From NCBI RefSeq assembly GCF_032444005.1, contig NC_091289.1, forward strand, positions 55,676,001 to 55,740,000: DNA of 64,000 nt, read 5' to 3'. A model generated the notes under the pieces. The model ran no database searches and was not told the origin of the DNA. It saw only the letters and a program-made list of their open reading frames with translations. The position numbers were made by a program, and so were the translations under genes. This document shows positions 11,051-22,900 of this stretch, piece by piece (position 1 is the first letter of the stretch; each line of letters opens with the position of its first letter). This DNA comes from Ranitomeya imitator (lineage: Eukaryota).

Positions 11051-14000
11051 CCTTGTCACTCCTCGACATTCGCCTCATCTGTCTTCAGCATCGTCCTGCT
11101 CACCGTTGTCTGTCCCTGACATCATCCTCCTTCTCCTCCTCGTCTGTCGTGATCAACCACCTCATCCTCCGATGGTCCGTGACCTCCTCCGACGGTCCAT
11201 TAGTCTACCACCTCCTCATCCTCCGGTCCTTCGGTCTGCGACCTCCTCCTCCGGTTGGCCATTCTGTGACCTCCTCGTCCTCCGGTCCGTCTCTCTGCAA
11301 CCTCCACCTCCTCTTGTCCATCTGTCTGCGACCTTCTTCTCATCGGGTCCGTCGGTCTATAACCTCCTTCTCCTCCTCGTCTGTCGTGATCAACCTCCTC
11401 CGATGGTCCACGACCTCTGACGTTCTGTTGGTCTACGAGCTCCTCATCCTCTGGTTGGTTGGTCTGCAACCTATTTCTCTGATCTGCGACCTCCTCCGGT
11501 CCATCATTCTGCAAACTGATCCTCCTCCAGTCCGTCAATCTGCGAACTTTTTCTCTGGCCCATCGGTCTGCAAACTCTTCTTCTTCAGGTCCATCGGTCT
11601 GCGAACCCCTCCTCCGATGGTCTGCACCCTACTCCTCTGGTTCGATGGACTACAACCTACAGTCCATCGACCTTCTCCATTCCGTCGTTCTGCAATCTCC
11701 TCGTCCGTTGGTCTGCAATTTCCTCCTCCAGTCCATCGGTCTGCGATCTCCTACTTCTACTTCTAATCCGGTCCATCAGTCCTCGACCTCCTCCAGTCCA
11801 GTGGTCTAGGACCACCTCCTCTTCTCCTCCGGTCCGTCATCCTCCTTGTCTGTCCTTGACATCCTCCTCCTCGTCCGTCCTCGACATCCTCCTTCTCTTC
11901 CGTCCTCGACATCCTCCTCGTCTGTCCTCGGCATCCTCTGGGCCACCAGTTTGTGACAACCTCCTCCTTATTCTCCAGTCTACGGTCATCTCCTCCGGTC
12001 CGTCGGTTTGCGACCTCCTCCTCCTTCTCTGATCCGTTGGTCTGCGACCTCCTCCTTCTCCGTTCCGTCGTTCTGCAATTTTCTCGTCCATCGGTCTGCA
12101 ACCTCCTCCTCCAGTTCGTCGGTCTGCGACCTCCTCTTCCTTCTACTCCAGTCCGACGGTCCTCAAACTCCGCCGGTCTGCGACCCCCTCCTATTCCTTT
12201 CCTCCGGTCCGCCGGTCTGCTACCTCCTCCTTCTCTGGTCCGTCGGCCTGCAATATTCTCCCCCTCCTTTCCATCTGTCTGCATCCTCCTCCTCTGGTCT
12301 GTCGGTCTGCGACTTTCTCTTTCTCCTCCAGTCTGTCTGTCCGCAACCTCCTTCGGTCCGCTGGTCTGCGACCTCCTCGTCCTCCTCCTCCGGTCCATCA
12401 GTTTTCGACCTTTTCGTTCTCCTTCTCCGGTCTGTCGGTCTGCGACCTCCTCCTCTTTATCCAGTATGTCGTTCTACAACCTCCTCCAGTCCATCGATCT
12501 GCGACCTCTTCCTCTTCCTTCTCTGGTACGCCGTTCTGCAATCTCCTTTTCTGGTCCGTCAGTCTGCAACCTCCTCCTCCGGTCAGTTGGTCTGCGATCA
12601 CCTCCTCTATTCCATCAATCTATGACCTCCTCCTCCAGTCTGTCGGTCTGTGACCACCTCCTCCTCTGGTCCATTGGTCTGCGACCTCCTTCTCCTTCTG
12701 TCCGTTGGTTTGCGATCTCTTTCTCCTCTGTGCCATTGGTCTGCGACCTTCTCCGCCTCCTTCTTCTCCGGTCCATCGGTCTACGACCTCCTTCTCCTCT
12801 GGTCTGTCAGTTTGCAACCTCCTCCTCCAGTTCGTTGGTCTACAACCTCCTCATCCTCCTCCGGTCCATCGGTCTGCGACCTCCTCCTCTCCTTCTCCTC
12901 CATCTCCTCTGGTCTGTCTGTCTGCAACCTCCTCCTCCTCTTTCTCCTTCTCCAATCCGTCGGTCTGCGACCTCCTTCTCCTCCAGTCAGTTTGCTAACT
13001 CCTCCGGTCCGTCGGTCTGCAACCTCCTTGTCTTCCTCCTTCGGTCCATTGGTCTGCGGCCTCCTCTTCCGGTCCGTCGGCCTCCGACCTCATCCGGTCA
13101 GTCGGTCTGCGACCTCCTCCTTCTCTGGTCCATCCGTCTGCAATCTCCTCCTCCTCTGGTCCGTCGGTCTGCGACATCCTCCCCCGATCCGTCGGTCTGT
13201 GACCTCCTCCCCCGATTCGTCGGTCTGTGACCTCCTCCCCCAATCCGTCGGTCTGTGACCTCCTCCTCCTCCTTCTCTTTCAGTCCGTTGGTCTGCAACC
13301 TTCTCCTTCTCTGGTCCGTCGTTCTGCAACCTCCTCTTTCTCCTCCGGTCCGTCAGCCTGTAATCTCCTCTGGTCCATCTGTCTGCTTCCTCCACCTACA
13401 GCCTGTCGGTCTTCAATCTCCCTCTCCTCCAGTCCATCTGTCCACGATCTCCTCCTCTGGTCGGTCGGCCTTTCCTCTTTCTCCGGTCCATCAGTCTGCA
13501 ATCTCATCCTCCAGTCCGTCGGACTGCAACATCCTCTTCCAGTTCGTCAGTGTGTGACCTCCTCTTCGTTCTCGTCCAGTCCATCGGTCTGCGACCTCCT
13601 CCTCCAGACCATTGGTCTGCGCCCTCCTCCTCCAGTCCATCGATCTGTGACCGCCTCCTCCTCTGGTCCGTTAGTCTGCGACCTTCTCCTTCAGTCCATC
13701 GGTCTGCAACCTCCTCCTCCAGTCCGTCGTTCTGCAATCTCCTCGTCCGTCTGTCTGCAACACCCTCCTCCGATCTGCCGGTCTCCGACCTCTTCCTCTG
13801 GTCCGTTGTTCTGAGACCTCCTCCTCCAGTCCGCTGGTATATGAACTCATCCAGTCCGCCGGTCTACAATCTCCTCCTCGTCCGATCTGCATGTCTGCAT
13901 TCTTCTTCTCCGGTTCGCTAGTCTGCAGCCTTCTCCTCCGATCCGTCGGTTTGCAACATCCTCGTCCTCCTTCTCCTCCGGTTTGTCAGTACTCAACCTC

Positions 14001-14229
14001 CTCCAATCCGTGACCTACTCCTCTTTCTCCTCCTCCTGTCCTTCGGTCTGTGACCTCCTCCTTCTCTGGTCCAGTCTGTGATCTCCTCCTCTTTCTTCTC
14101 ATTTCCGTCTCTCTGGGACCTCCTCCTCTGGTCCACCGATCTCCTCCTTCTCCTCCAGTCTCTTGGTCCGTAACCTCCTCCGGTCCACCAATCTGCGACT
14201 GCCTCCTCTTCCTTCTCCTCGGGGCCATC

Positions 14230-14962
14230 TGTCATGATTCCAATGGCAGGGAATCACAAAAGGACAAGCACCAACGAGCTCTAGGGTGATGGAACCTGAG
14301 CTGACCGCGACCCTAAACCTGAACACACAAATAACAATAGCCGGGGAACGTGCCTACGTTGATCCTAGACGTCTCGCACCAGCCGAAGATCTAACTTCCC
14401 CTATTAGAAGAAACACAGACCTCTCTTGCCTCCATAGAAATACCCCACAGAAATAGCAGCCCCCCACATATAATGACGGTGAAATGAGAGGAAGGCACAT
14501 ACACAGTATGAAAACAGATTCAGCAAAATGAGGCCCGCTAAAACTAGATAGCAGAGGATACAAAAGTAAACTGCGCGGTCAGCAAAAAACCCTTCAAAAA
14601 ACCATCCTGTAATTACTTGAACTCATGTTCCAACTCATGGAACATGAGGAGCAATTACAGCCCACTAAAGCAACCAGCAGCAAAGAGACAATTATATGCA
14701 AGCTGGACAAGACAAAAATAAAGCAAAACGTGGAACAAGAAAATCAAAACTTAGCTTGTCCTGAAGATTACTGAAGCCAGAAGCTGAGGTAACAAAACAC
14801 TCTGATAACCTTGATAGCCGGCGGGGAAATGACAAGAAAGCCCGGTTAAATAGGAAACTCCCAAATCCTAATAGAACAGGTGGACACCAGAGACAGCAGA
14901 ACACAAATCACCCAGTACCATCAGTAACCACCAGAGGGAGTCCAAAAACAGAACTCACAACA
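14230..14962 (-). repeat. 3' LTR of element B
   Basis: TG...CA ends. Near-identical to 19200-19932. Preceded on the minus strand by the polypurine tract AAGGGGGGGG. Confidence 0.97.
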
Positions 14963-15900
14963 GTACCCCCCCCTTGAGGAGGGGTCACTGAACCCTCACG
15001 AGAACCACCAGGGCGACCAGGATGAGCCCTATGAAAAGCGCGGACCAAATCATCAGCATGAACATCAGAGGCAACCACCCAAGAATTATCCTCCTGACCA
15101 TAACCCTTCCACTTGACCAAATATTGGAGTTTCCGTCTGGAAACACGAGAATCCAAGATCTTCTCCACAACATACTCCAATTCTCCCTCCACCAGCACCG
15201 GAGCAGGAGGCTCAGGCGAAGGAACAACAGGTACCTCATACCTCCGCAACAACGACCGATGGAACACATTATGAATAGCAAACGATGCCGGGAGATCCAA
15301 ACGAAACGACACAGGGTTAAGAATTTCCAAGATCCTATAAGGACCGATGAACCGAGGCTTGAACTTAGGAGAAGAGACCTTCATAGGAACAAAACGAGAA
15401 GACAACCACACCAAGTTCCCAACATGAAGTCGAGGACCCACGCGGCGATGGCGATTAGCAAACTGCTGAACCTTCTCCTGGGACAACTTCAAATTGTCCA
15501 CCACATGACTCCAAATCTGATGCAACCTATCCACCACCATGTCCACTCCAGGACAATCAGAAGGCTCCACCTGACCAGAGGAAAAACGAGGATGAAACCC
15601 CGAATTACAAAAGAAAAGAGAAACCAAGGTAGCAGAACTAGCCCGATTATTAAGGGCAAACTCGGCCAGCGGCAAAACGGTAACCCAGTCATCCTGATCA
15701 GCAGAAACAAAACACCTCAAATAAGTTTCCATGGTCTGATTAGTTCGCTCCGTCTGGCCATTCGTCTGAGGATGGAATGCAGACGAAAAGGACAAATCAA
15801 TGCCCATCTTAGCACAGAACGTCCGCCAAAATCTAGACACAAACTGGGATCCCCTATCAGAAACGATGTTCTCCGGAATCCCATGCAAACGAACCACGTT
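14908..15900 (-). pseudogene. Integrase core remainder, GPY/F motif and chromodomain of element B, cut off by a premature TAG
   Basis: Same frame as 15901-19023. Motifs VSDRGSQF and TNGQTERTN (the D,D(35)E second D and E), KPRFIGPY, and EYVVEKILDSR...YLVKWKGY. Element C has CAG (Gln) where B has TAG at 15901-15903. Confidence 0.93.
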
Positions 15901-18900
15901 CTAGAAAAACAGAGGGACCAACTCAGAGGAGGAAGGCAACTTAGGCAAGGGTACAAGATGAACCATTTTAGAAAAGCGGTCACACACAACCCAGATGACA
16001 GACATTTTTTGAGAGACAGGGACATCCGAAATAAAGTCCATGGAAATGTGCGTCCAAGGCCTCTTCGGGATAGGCAAAGGTGACAACAATCCACTGGCTC
16101 GAGAACAGCAAGGCTTAGCCCGAGCACAAACCTCACAAGACTGCACAAAAGAACGCACATCCCTCGACAAGGAAGGCCACCAAAAAGACCTGGCCACCAA
16201 GTCTCTAGTACCAAATATTCCAGGATGACCTGCCAACGCAGAAGAATGGACCTCGGAGATGACTCTACTGGTCCAACTATCCAGAACAAACAGTCTCTCA
16301 GGTGGACAACGATCAGGTTTACCCGCCTGAAACTCCTGCAAAGCACGTCGCAAGTCTGGGAAGACGGCCGACAAAATCACCCCATCCCTAAGGATACCAG
16401 TGGGCTCAGAATTTCCAGGGGAGTCAGGCACAAAACTCCTAGAAAGAGCATCCGCCTTCACATTCTTTGAACCTGGCAGGTATGAAACCACAAAATTGAA
16501 ACGAGAGAAAAACAGTGACCAACGAGCCTGTCTAGGATTCAGACGCCTGGCAGACTCAAGGTAAATCAGATTTTTGTGATCAGTCAAGACCACCACACGA
16601 TGTCTAGCACCCTCCAGCCAATGACGCCACTCCTCAAATGCCCACTTCATGGCCAAAAGTTCCCGATTACCCACATCATAATTCCGCTCAGCGGGCGAAA
16701 ATTTTCTAGAAAAGAACGCACATGGCTTCATCACCGAGCAATCGGAGCTTCTCTGTGACAAAACCGCCCCCGCTCCAATCTCGGAAGCATCAACCTCAAC
16801 TTGGAAAGGAAGCGAAACATCAGGCTGACGCAACACAGGAGCAGAAGAAAACCAGCGTTTAAGTTCCCGAAAGGCCTCCACAGCCGCAGGAGACCAATCA
16901 GCAACATCAGCACCCTTCTTAGTCAAATCCGTCAAAGGCTTAACAACACTAGAAAAATTAGTTATAAAACGACGATAGAAATTAGCAAAGCCTAAGAACT
17001 TCTGCAGACTCTTAAGAGATGCAGGCTGCGTCCAGTCACAAATAGCCCGAACCTTGACGGGATCCATCTCAATAGTAGAAGGGGAAAAAATATACCCCAA
17101 GAAAGAAATCTTCTGGACTCCAAAGAGACACTTTGAGCCCTTTACAAACAAGGAATTAGCCCGCAGGACCTGAAACACCTTCCTGACCTGCTGAACATGA
17201 GACTCCCAGTCATCAGAAAAAAACAAAATATCATCCAAATACACAATCATAAATTTATCCAGATATTCACAGAAAATATCGTGCATAAAGGACTGGAAGA
17301 CTGAAGGAGCATTAGAAAGTCCGAAAGGCATTACCAAATACTCAAAATGGCCCTCAGGCGTATTAAATGCGGTTTTCCACTCATCACCTTGCTTTATTCG
17401 TATAAGATTATACGCACCCCGAAGATCAATCTTAGTGAACCATTTAGCCCCCTTAATGCGAGCAAACAAATCAGTCAACAAAGGCAAAGGATACTGATAT
17501 TTTACGGTAATCTTATTCAAAAGACGATAATCTATACAAGGCCTCAAGGACCCATCTTTTTTGGCCACGAAAAAAAAACCTGCTCCCAAAGGGGACGAAG
17601 ATGGACGGATATGTCCCTTTTCCAAGGACTCCTTAACATAATCCCGCATAGCAGTATGCTCTGGCACTGACAGATTGAACAAACGACCTTTAGGAAATTT
17701 ACTACCAGGAATTAAATCTATAGCACAATCGCAATCCCTGTGAGGAGGAAGCGAACTGAGCTTAGGCTCCTCAAAAACATCCCGATAATCAGACAAAAAT
17801 ACAGGAACCTCAGAAGGAGTAGATGAAGCGATAGAAATCGGAGGTGCATCATCATGAACCCCCTGACATCCCCAGTTTAACACAGACATTGTTTTCCAGT
17901 CAAGGACTGGATTATGAGTTTGTAACCATGGCAGACCAAGTACTAGAACATCATGTAAATTATACAATACCAGGAAGCGAATCACCTCCTGATGAACGGG
18001 AGTCATACGCATGGTCACTTGTGTCCAGTACTGAGGTTTATTCATAGCTAAAGGTGTAGAGTCAATTCCCTTCAAAGGAATAGGGACTTCCAGAGGCTCA
18101 AGACTAAACCCACATTGCTTGGCAAATGACCAATCCATAAGACTCAGGGCAGCGCCTGAATCTACATAGGCATCGACGGAAATGGATGATAATGAGCAAA
18201 TCAGAGTCACAGACAGAATGAACTTAGACTGTAACGTACTAATGGCAACAGACTTATCAACCTTTTTTGTGCGTTTAGAGCATGCTGATATAACATGAGC
18301 TGAATCACCACAATAAAAGCACAACCCATTTTTCCGCCTATAGTTTTGCCGTTCACTTCTAGACTGAACTCTATCACATTGCATTGTCTCAAGTGCCTGT
18401 TCAGAAGACACCGCCAAATGGTGCACAGGTTTGCGCTCCCGTAAACGCCGATCAATCTGAATAGCCATAGTCATAGACTCATTCAGACCCGTAGGCGCAG
18501 GGAACCCCACCATAACATCTTTAATGGCCTCAGAAAGGCCATCTCTGAACTTTGCAGCCAGGGCGCACTCATTCCACTGATTAAGCACTGACCATTTCCG
18601 AAATTTTTGACAATATATTTCTGCTTCATCTTGCCCCTGAGAGAGAGCTAATAAAGCTTTTTCAGCCTGAATCTCTTGGTTAGGTTCCTCATAGAGCAAA
18701 CCCAATGCCAGAAAAAACGCATCCACATTAAGCAACGCAGGATCCCCTGGTGCCAATGCAAATGCCCAATTTTGAGGGTCACCCCGCAGGAAAGATATAA
18801 TAATCTTAACCTGCTGAGCAGGGTCTCCAGAAGAGCGAGATTTCAAAGAAAGGAACAGCTTGCAATTGTTCCTAAAATTCAGAAAACTAGATCTATCTCC

Positions 18901-19023
18901 AGCAAAGAACTCTGGAATAGGAATTCTAGGTTCAGACATAGGAGCATGTACAACAAAATCTTGTATATTTTGAACCTTAGCAGCAAGATTATTCAAGCTG
19001 GAAGCTAAACTCTGGACGTCCAT
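15901..19023 (-). CDS. Gag-protease-RT-RNase H polyprotein of element B, truncated within integrase (1040 aa; 1371 aa if the TAG were CAG)
   Basis: Retrotransposon gag (MSEPRIPIPEFFAGDR), CCHC knuckle CFYCGDSAHVISAC, protease VDSGA, RT YLDD, RNase H VDAS...NRELLA...TDHKNL, integrase HHCC and first catalytic D (HISMDF). Confidence 0.95.
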   Translation of the reverse strand: MDVQSLASSLNNLAAKVQNIQDFVVHAPMSEPRIPIPEFFAGDRSSFLNFRNNCKLFLSLKSRSSGDPAQQVKIIISFLRGDPQNWAFALAPGDPALLNVDAFFLALGLLYEEPNQEIQAEKALLALSQGQDEAEIYCQKFRKWSVLNQWNECALAAKFRDGLSEAIKDVMVGFPAPTGLNESMTMAIQIDRRLRERKPVHHLAVSSEQALETMQCDRVQSRSERQNYRRKNGLCFYCGDSAHVISACSKRTKKVDKSVAISTLQSKFILSVTLICSLSSISVDAYVDSGAALSLMDWSFAKQCGFSLEPLEVPIPLKGIDSTPLAMNKPQYWTQVTMRMTPVHQEVIRFLVLYNLHDVLVLGLPWLQTHNPVLDWKTMSVLNWGCQGVHDDAPPISIASSTPSEVPVFLSDYRDVFEEPKLSSLPPHRDCDCAIDLIPGSKFPKGRLFNLSVPEHTAMRDYVKESLEKGHIRPSSSPLGAGFFFVAKKDGSLRPCIDYRLLNKITVKYQYPLPLLTDLFARIKGAKWFTKIDLRGAYNLIRIKQGDEWKTAFNTPEGHFEYLVMPFGLSNAPSVFQSFMHDIFCEYLDKFMIVYLDDILFFSDDWESHVQQVRKVFQVLRANSLFVKGSKCLFGVQKISFLGYIFSPSTIEMDPVKVRAICDWTQPASLKSLQKFLGFANFYRRFITNFSSVVKPLTDLTKKGADVADWSPAAVEAFRELKRWFSSAPVLRQPDVSLPFQVEVDASEIGAGAVLSQRSSDCSVMKPCAFFSRKFSPAERNYDVGNRELLAMKWAFEEWRHWLEGARHRVVVLTDHKNLIYLESARRLNPRQARWSLFFSRFNFVVSYLPGSKNVKADALSRSFVPDSPGNSEPTGILRDGVILSAVFPDLRRALQEFQAGKPDRCPPERLFVLDSWTSRVISEVHSSALAGHPGIFGTRDLVARSFWWPSLSRDVRSFVQSCEVCARAKPCCSRASGLLSPLPIPKRPWTHISMDFISDVPVSQKMSVIWVVCDRFSKMVHLVPLPKLPSSSELVPLFF

Positions 19024-19188
19024 GATAAACAGCTAAGGCCAGAGCCATTCAAGGATTAAGAGGAGGAAAAAAAAAAAAAAAAAATCAGCCAGGCTGCAAT
19101 TAGGGCTAGGCAGCAACCTCAGAGGAGAAAAAAAAAAAAAAACTTCCTCAGACTACTTTTCCTCCTACTTCAGCCCAAACATTTTTTG

Positions 19189-19197
19189 GCCGGCTAT
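19189..19197 (-). other. Self-priming type primer-binding site of element B
   Basis: Minus-strand ATAGCCGGC lies 2 nt after the 5' LTR and has no TGG tRNA start. It is the exact reverse complement of GCCGGCTAT at 19792-19784, which begins 30 nt after a TATTTAA box. Confidence 0.75.
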
Positions 19198-19199
19198 AC

Positions 19200-19932
19200 T
19201 GTCATGATTCCAATGGCAGGGAATCACAAAAGGACAAGCACCAACGAGCTCTAGGGTGATGGAACCTGAGCTGACCGCGACCCTAAACCTGAACACACAA
19301 ATAACAATAGCCGGGGAACGTGCCTACGTTGATCCTAGACGTCTCGCACCAGCTGAAGATCTAACTTCCCCTATTAGAAGAAACACAGACCTCTCTTGCC
19401 TCCAGAGAAATACCCCACAGAAATAGCAGCCCCCCACATATAATGACGGTGAAATGAGAGGAAGGCACATACACAGTATGAAAACAGATTCAGCAAAATG
19501 AGGCCCGCTAAAACTAGATAGCAGAGGATACAAAAGTAAACTGCGCGGTCAGCAAAAAACCCTTCAAAAAACCATCCTGTAATTACTTGAACTCATGTTC
19601 CAACTCATGGAACATGAGGAGCAATTACAGCCCACTAAAGCAACCAGCAGCAAAGAGACAATTATATGCAAGCTGGACAAGACAAAAATAAAGCAAAACG
19701 TGGAACAAGAAAATCAAAACTTAGCTTGTCCTGAAGATTACTGAAGCCAGAAGCTGAGGTAACAAAACACTCTGATAACCTTGATAGCCGGCGGGGAAAT
19801 GACAAGAAAGCCCAGTTAAATAGGAAACTCCCAAATCCTAATAGAACAGGTGGACACCAGAGACAGCAGAACACAAATCACCCAGTACCATCAGTAACCA
19901 CCAGAGGGAGCCCAAAAACAGAACTCACAACA
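19200..19932 (-). repeat. 5' LTR of element B
   Basis: TG...CA ends. TATA-like TATTTAA at 19822-19816 on the minus strand. Followed by the PBS. Confidence 0.97.
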
Positions 19933-22900
19933 GCCATCAGTCTGCAACATCCGCCTCTAGTCTGTTGGTCTGCGATCGCCTTCTCCTCCGGTTCACAACC
20001 TCCTCCTCCTTCGGTCTGTCGTTCAGCAAACTTCTCCTCTTCCTTCTCCTCCAGTCCGTTGGTCTGCAACCTTCTCCTCCTCTGGTCCGTCGGTCTGCAA
20101 CCTCCTTCTCCTCTTTCTCCTCCATCTCATCGGTCTGCGACCTCCTCTCCTCCGGTCCGTCGGCCTGTAATCTCCTCTGGTCCGTCTGTCTGCTTCCTCC
20201 ACCTACAGTCTGTCGGTCTTCGATCTCCTTCTCCTCCAGTCCATCTGTCCACGATCTCCTCCTCTGGTCGGCCGGCCTGTGATTTCCTCTTTCTCTGGTC
20301 CATCAGTCTGCAATCTCATCCTCCAGTCCGTCGGTCTGCAACATCCTCTTCCAGTTCGTCAGTCTGTGACCTCCTCTTCCTTCTCGTCCAGTCCATCAGT
20401 CTGCGACCTCCTACTCCAGACCATTGGTATGCGCCCTCCTCCTCCAGTCCATCGATCTGCGACCGCCTCCTCCTCTGGTCCGTCAGTCTGCGACCTTCTT
20501 CAGTCCATCGGTCTGCAACCTCCTCCTCCAGTCCGTCGTTCTGCAATCTCCTCGTCCGTCTGTCTGCAACACCCTCCTCCGATCCGCGGGTCTTCGACTT
20601 CTTCCTCTGGTCCGTTGTTCTGAGACCTCCTCCTCCAGTCCGCCGGTATATGAACTCATCCAGTCCGCCGGTCTACAATCTCCTCCTTTTCCGATCTGCA
20701 GGTCTGCATTCTTCTCCTCCGGTTTGCTGGTCTGCAACCTTCTCCTCCGATCCGTCAGTTTGCAACATCCTCATCCTCCTTCTCCTCCGATTTGTCAGTA
20801 CTCAACCTCCTTCAATCAGTGACCTACTCCTCTTTTTCCTCCTCCTGTCCTTCGGTCTGTGACCTCCTCCTTCTCCGGTCCAGTCTGCGATCTCCTCCTC
20901 TTCTCATTTCCGTCTCTCTGCGACCTCCTCCTCTGGTCCACCAGTCTCCTCCTTCTCCTCCAGTCTCTTGGTCCGTAACCTCCTCCAGTCCACCAATCTG
21001 CAACTGCCTCCTTTTCCTTCTCCTCAGAGCCATCAGTCTGCAACCTCCTCCTCTGGTCTGTTGGTCTGTGATCGCCTCCTCCACCTTCTCCACCGGTCCG
21101 CCGGTCTGCAACCTTCTCCTCTTCCTTCTCCTCCGGTTCGTCGGTCTTCAACCTCCTTCCTCCATCTCCTCCAGTCCGCCGGTCTGCAACCTCCTCTTTC
21201 TCCTCCTCCGGTCTGTCGGTCTGCAACCTTTTCCTCTTCCTTCTCCTCCAGTCCGTCGGTCTGCAACCTCCTGCTCCTCTGGTCCATCGGTCTGCAATTT
21301 TCTCCTTCTCCTCTGGTCCGTCAGTCTGCAACCTTCTCCTCCTCCTTCTCCTCTGGTCCGTCGGTCTGCAACGTCCTCCTCTTCCGGTCCGTCAGTCTAC
21401 GACCTCCTCTTCCTCCTTGTCCTCCGGTCCCTCGGTCTGAGACCTCCTTCTCCTCTGGTCCGTCGGGCTGCAAACTCCTCCTTCTCTGGTCCATCGTTCT
21501 GAAATCTTCTCGTCCATTGGTCTGCAACCTCCTCCTCCATTCTGTCAGCCTGCGACCTCCTCCTTCTACTCCAGTCCATCAGTCCTTGACCTCCTCCAGT
21601 CCGCGGGTCTGCGACCTCCTCCTCCGGTCTGTTGGTCTGCGACCTTCTTCTCCTCTAATCCGTGACCTCCCCCGGTACGTCTTTCTGCGACCTCCTCCTC
21701 CTTTTCCTCTGGTCCATCATTCTGCAATCTCCTCGTCCGTCGTTCTGCAATCTCCTCGTCCGTTGGTCTGCAACTGTCTCCTGCAGTTTGTCTACTCGGT
21801 CCGTCAGTCTTCAACCTACTCCGATCCATCGGTCTGCGACCTTCTCCAGTCCCCCGGTCTGTAACCTCCTCCTTTTCCTTCTCCTCCATCCCGTCCGACG
21901 GTCTGCGACCTCCTTCTCCGATCTGTCGGTCTGCGACCTCCTTCTCCTCCAGTCCGTCTGTTTGCAAACTCCTGCGGTCCGCCGGTCTGCGACCTCCTCG
22001 TCCTCCTTCTCTTCTGGTCCATTGGTCTGCGGCCTCCTCTTCCGGGCCATCGGTCTACGACCTCCTCCTTCTCTGCTCCATCAGTCTGCAATCTCCTCCT
22101 CCTCTGGTCCGCCAGTCTGTGACATCCTTCTCTGGTCCGTTGGTCTGCGATCTCCTCCTCCTCCAGTCCGTCGTTCTGCAATCTCCTTGTCCGTCGTTCT
22201 GCAATCTCCTCGTCCGTCGTTCTGCAATCTCCTCTTCCATCAGTCTGCAACCTCCTCTTCCAGTCCGTAGATCTGCGACCACTTCCTCCTCCGGTCCGTC
22301 GATTTGCGATCTCCTTCTCCTCCAGTCCGTCAGTTTGCAACATCCTCATCCTCCTTCTCCTCCGATTTGTCAGTACTCAACCTCCTTCAATCAGTGACCT
22401 ACTCCTCTTTTTCCTCCTCCTGTCCTTCGGTCTGTGACCTCCTCCTTCTCCGGTCCAGTCTGCGATCTCCTCCTCTTCTCATTTCCGTCTCTCTGCGACC
22501 TCCTCCTCTGGTCCACCAGTCTCCTCCTTCTCCTCCAGTCTCTTGGTCCGTAACCTCCTCCAGTCCACCAATCTGCAACTGCCTCCTTTTCCTTCTCCTC
22601 AGAGCCATCAGTCTGCAACCTCCTCCTCTGGTCTGTTGGTCTGTGATCGCCTCCTCCACCTTCTCCACCGGTCCGCCGGTCTGCAACCTTCTCCTCTTCC
22701 TTCTCCTCCGGTTCGTCGGTCTTCAACCTCCTTCCTCCATCTCCTCCAGTCCGCCGGTCTGCAACCTCCTCTTTCTCCTCCTCCGGTCTGTCGGTCTGCA
22801 ACCTTTTCCTCTTCCTTCTCCTCCAGTCCGTCGGTCTGCAACCTCCTGCTCCTCTGGTCCATCGGTCTGCAATTTTCTCCTTCTCCTCTGGTCCGTCAGT

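Larger units (their letters stand above)
14230..19932 (-). mobile_element. Full-length Ty3/gypsy chromovirus (Tf1/sushi group) LTR retrotransposon, element B
   Basis: 733-bp LTRs at 14230-14962 and 19200-19932, with about 4 mismatches seen. TSD GCCATC (14224-14229 and 19933-19938). PPT at 14966-14975, PBS at 19189-19197, single gag-pol frame. Confidence 0.98.

Noticed and set aside
15022-16083. 353-aa antisense ORF, and its 369-aa counterpart at 27786-28895
   Set aside because: It lies exactly opposite integrase, has no recognisable motif and no clear ATG start. It persists in both copies only because they are nearly identical.
19068-19142. Two poly-A runs suggesting retrocopy tails
   Set aside because: They are internal to the element leader, are present in both B and C, and lack TSDs.
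19170-19199. tRNA-primed PBS for element B
   Set aside because: There is no TGG complementary to tRNA CCA next to the LTR, and the self-complementary model fits position and sequence.
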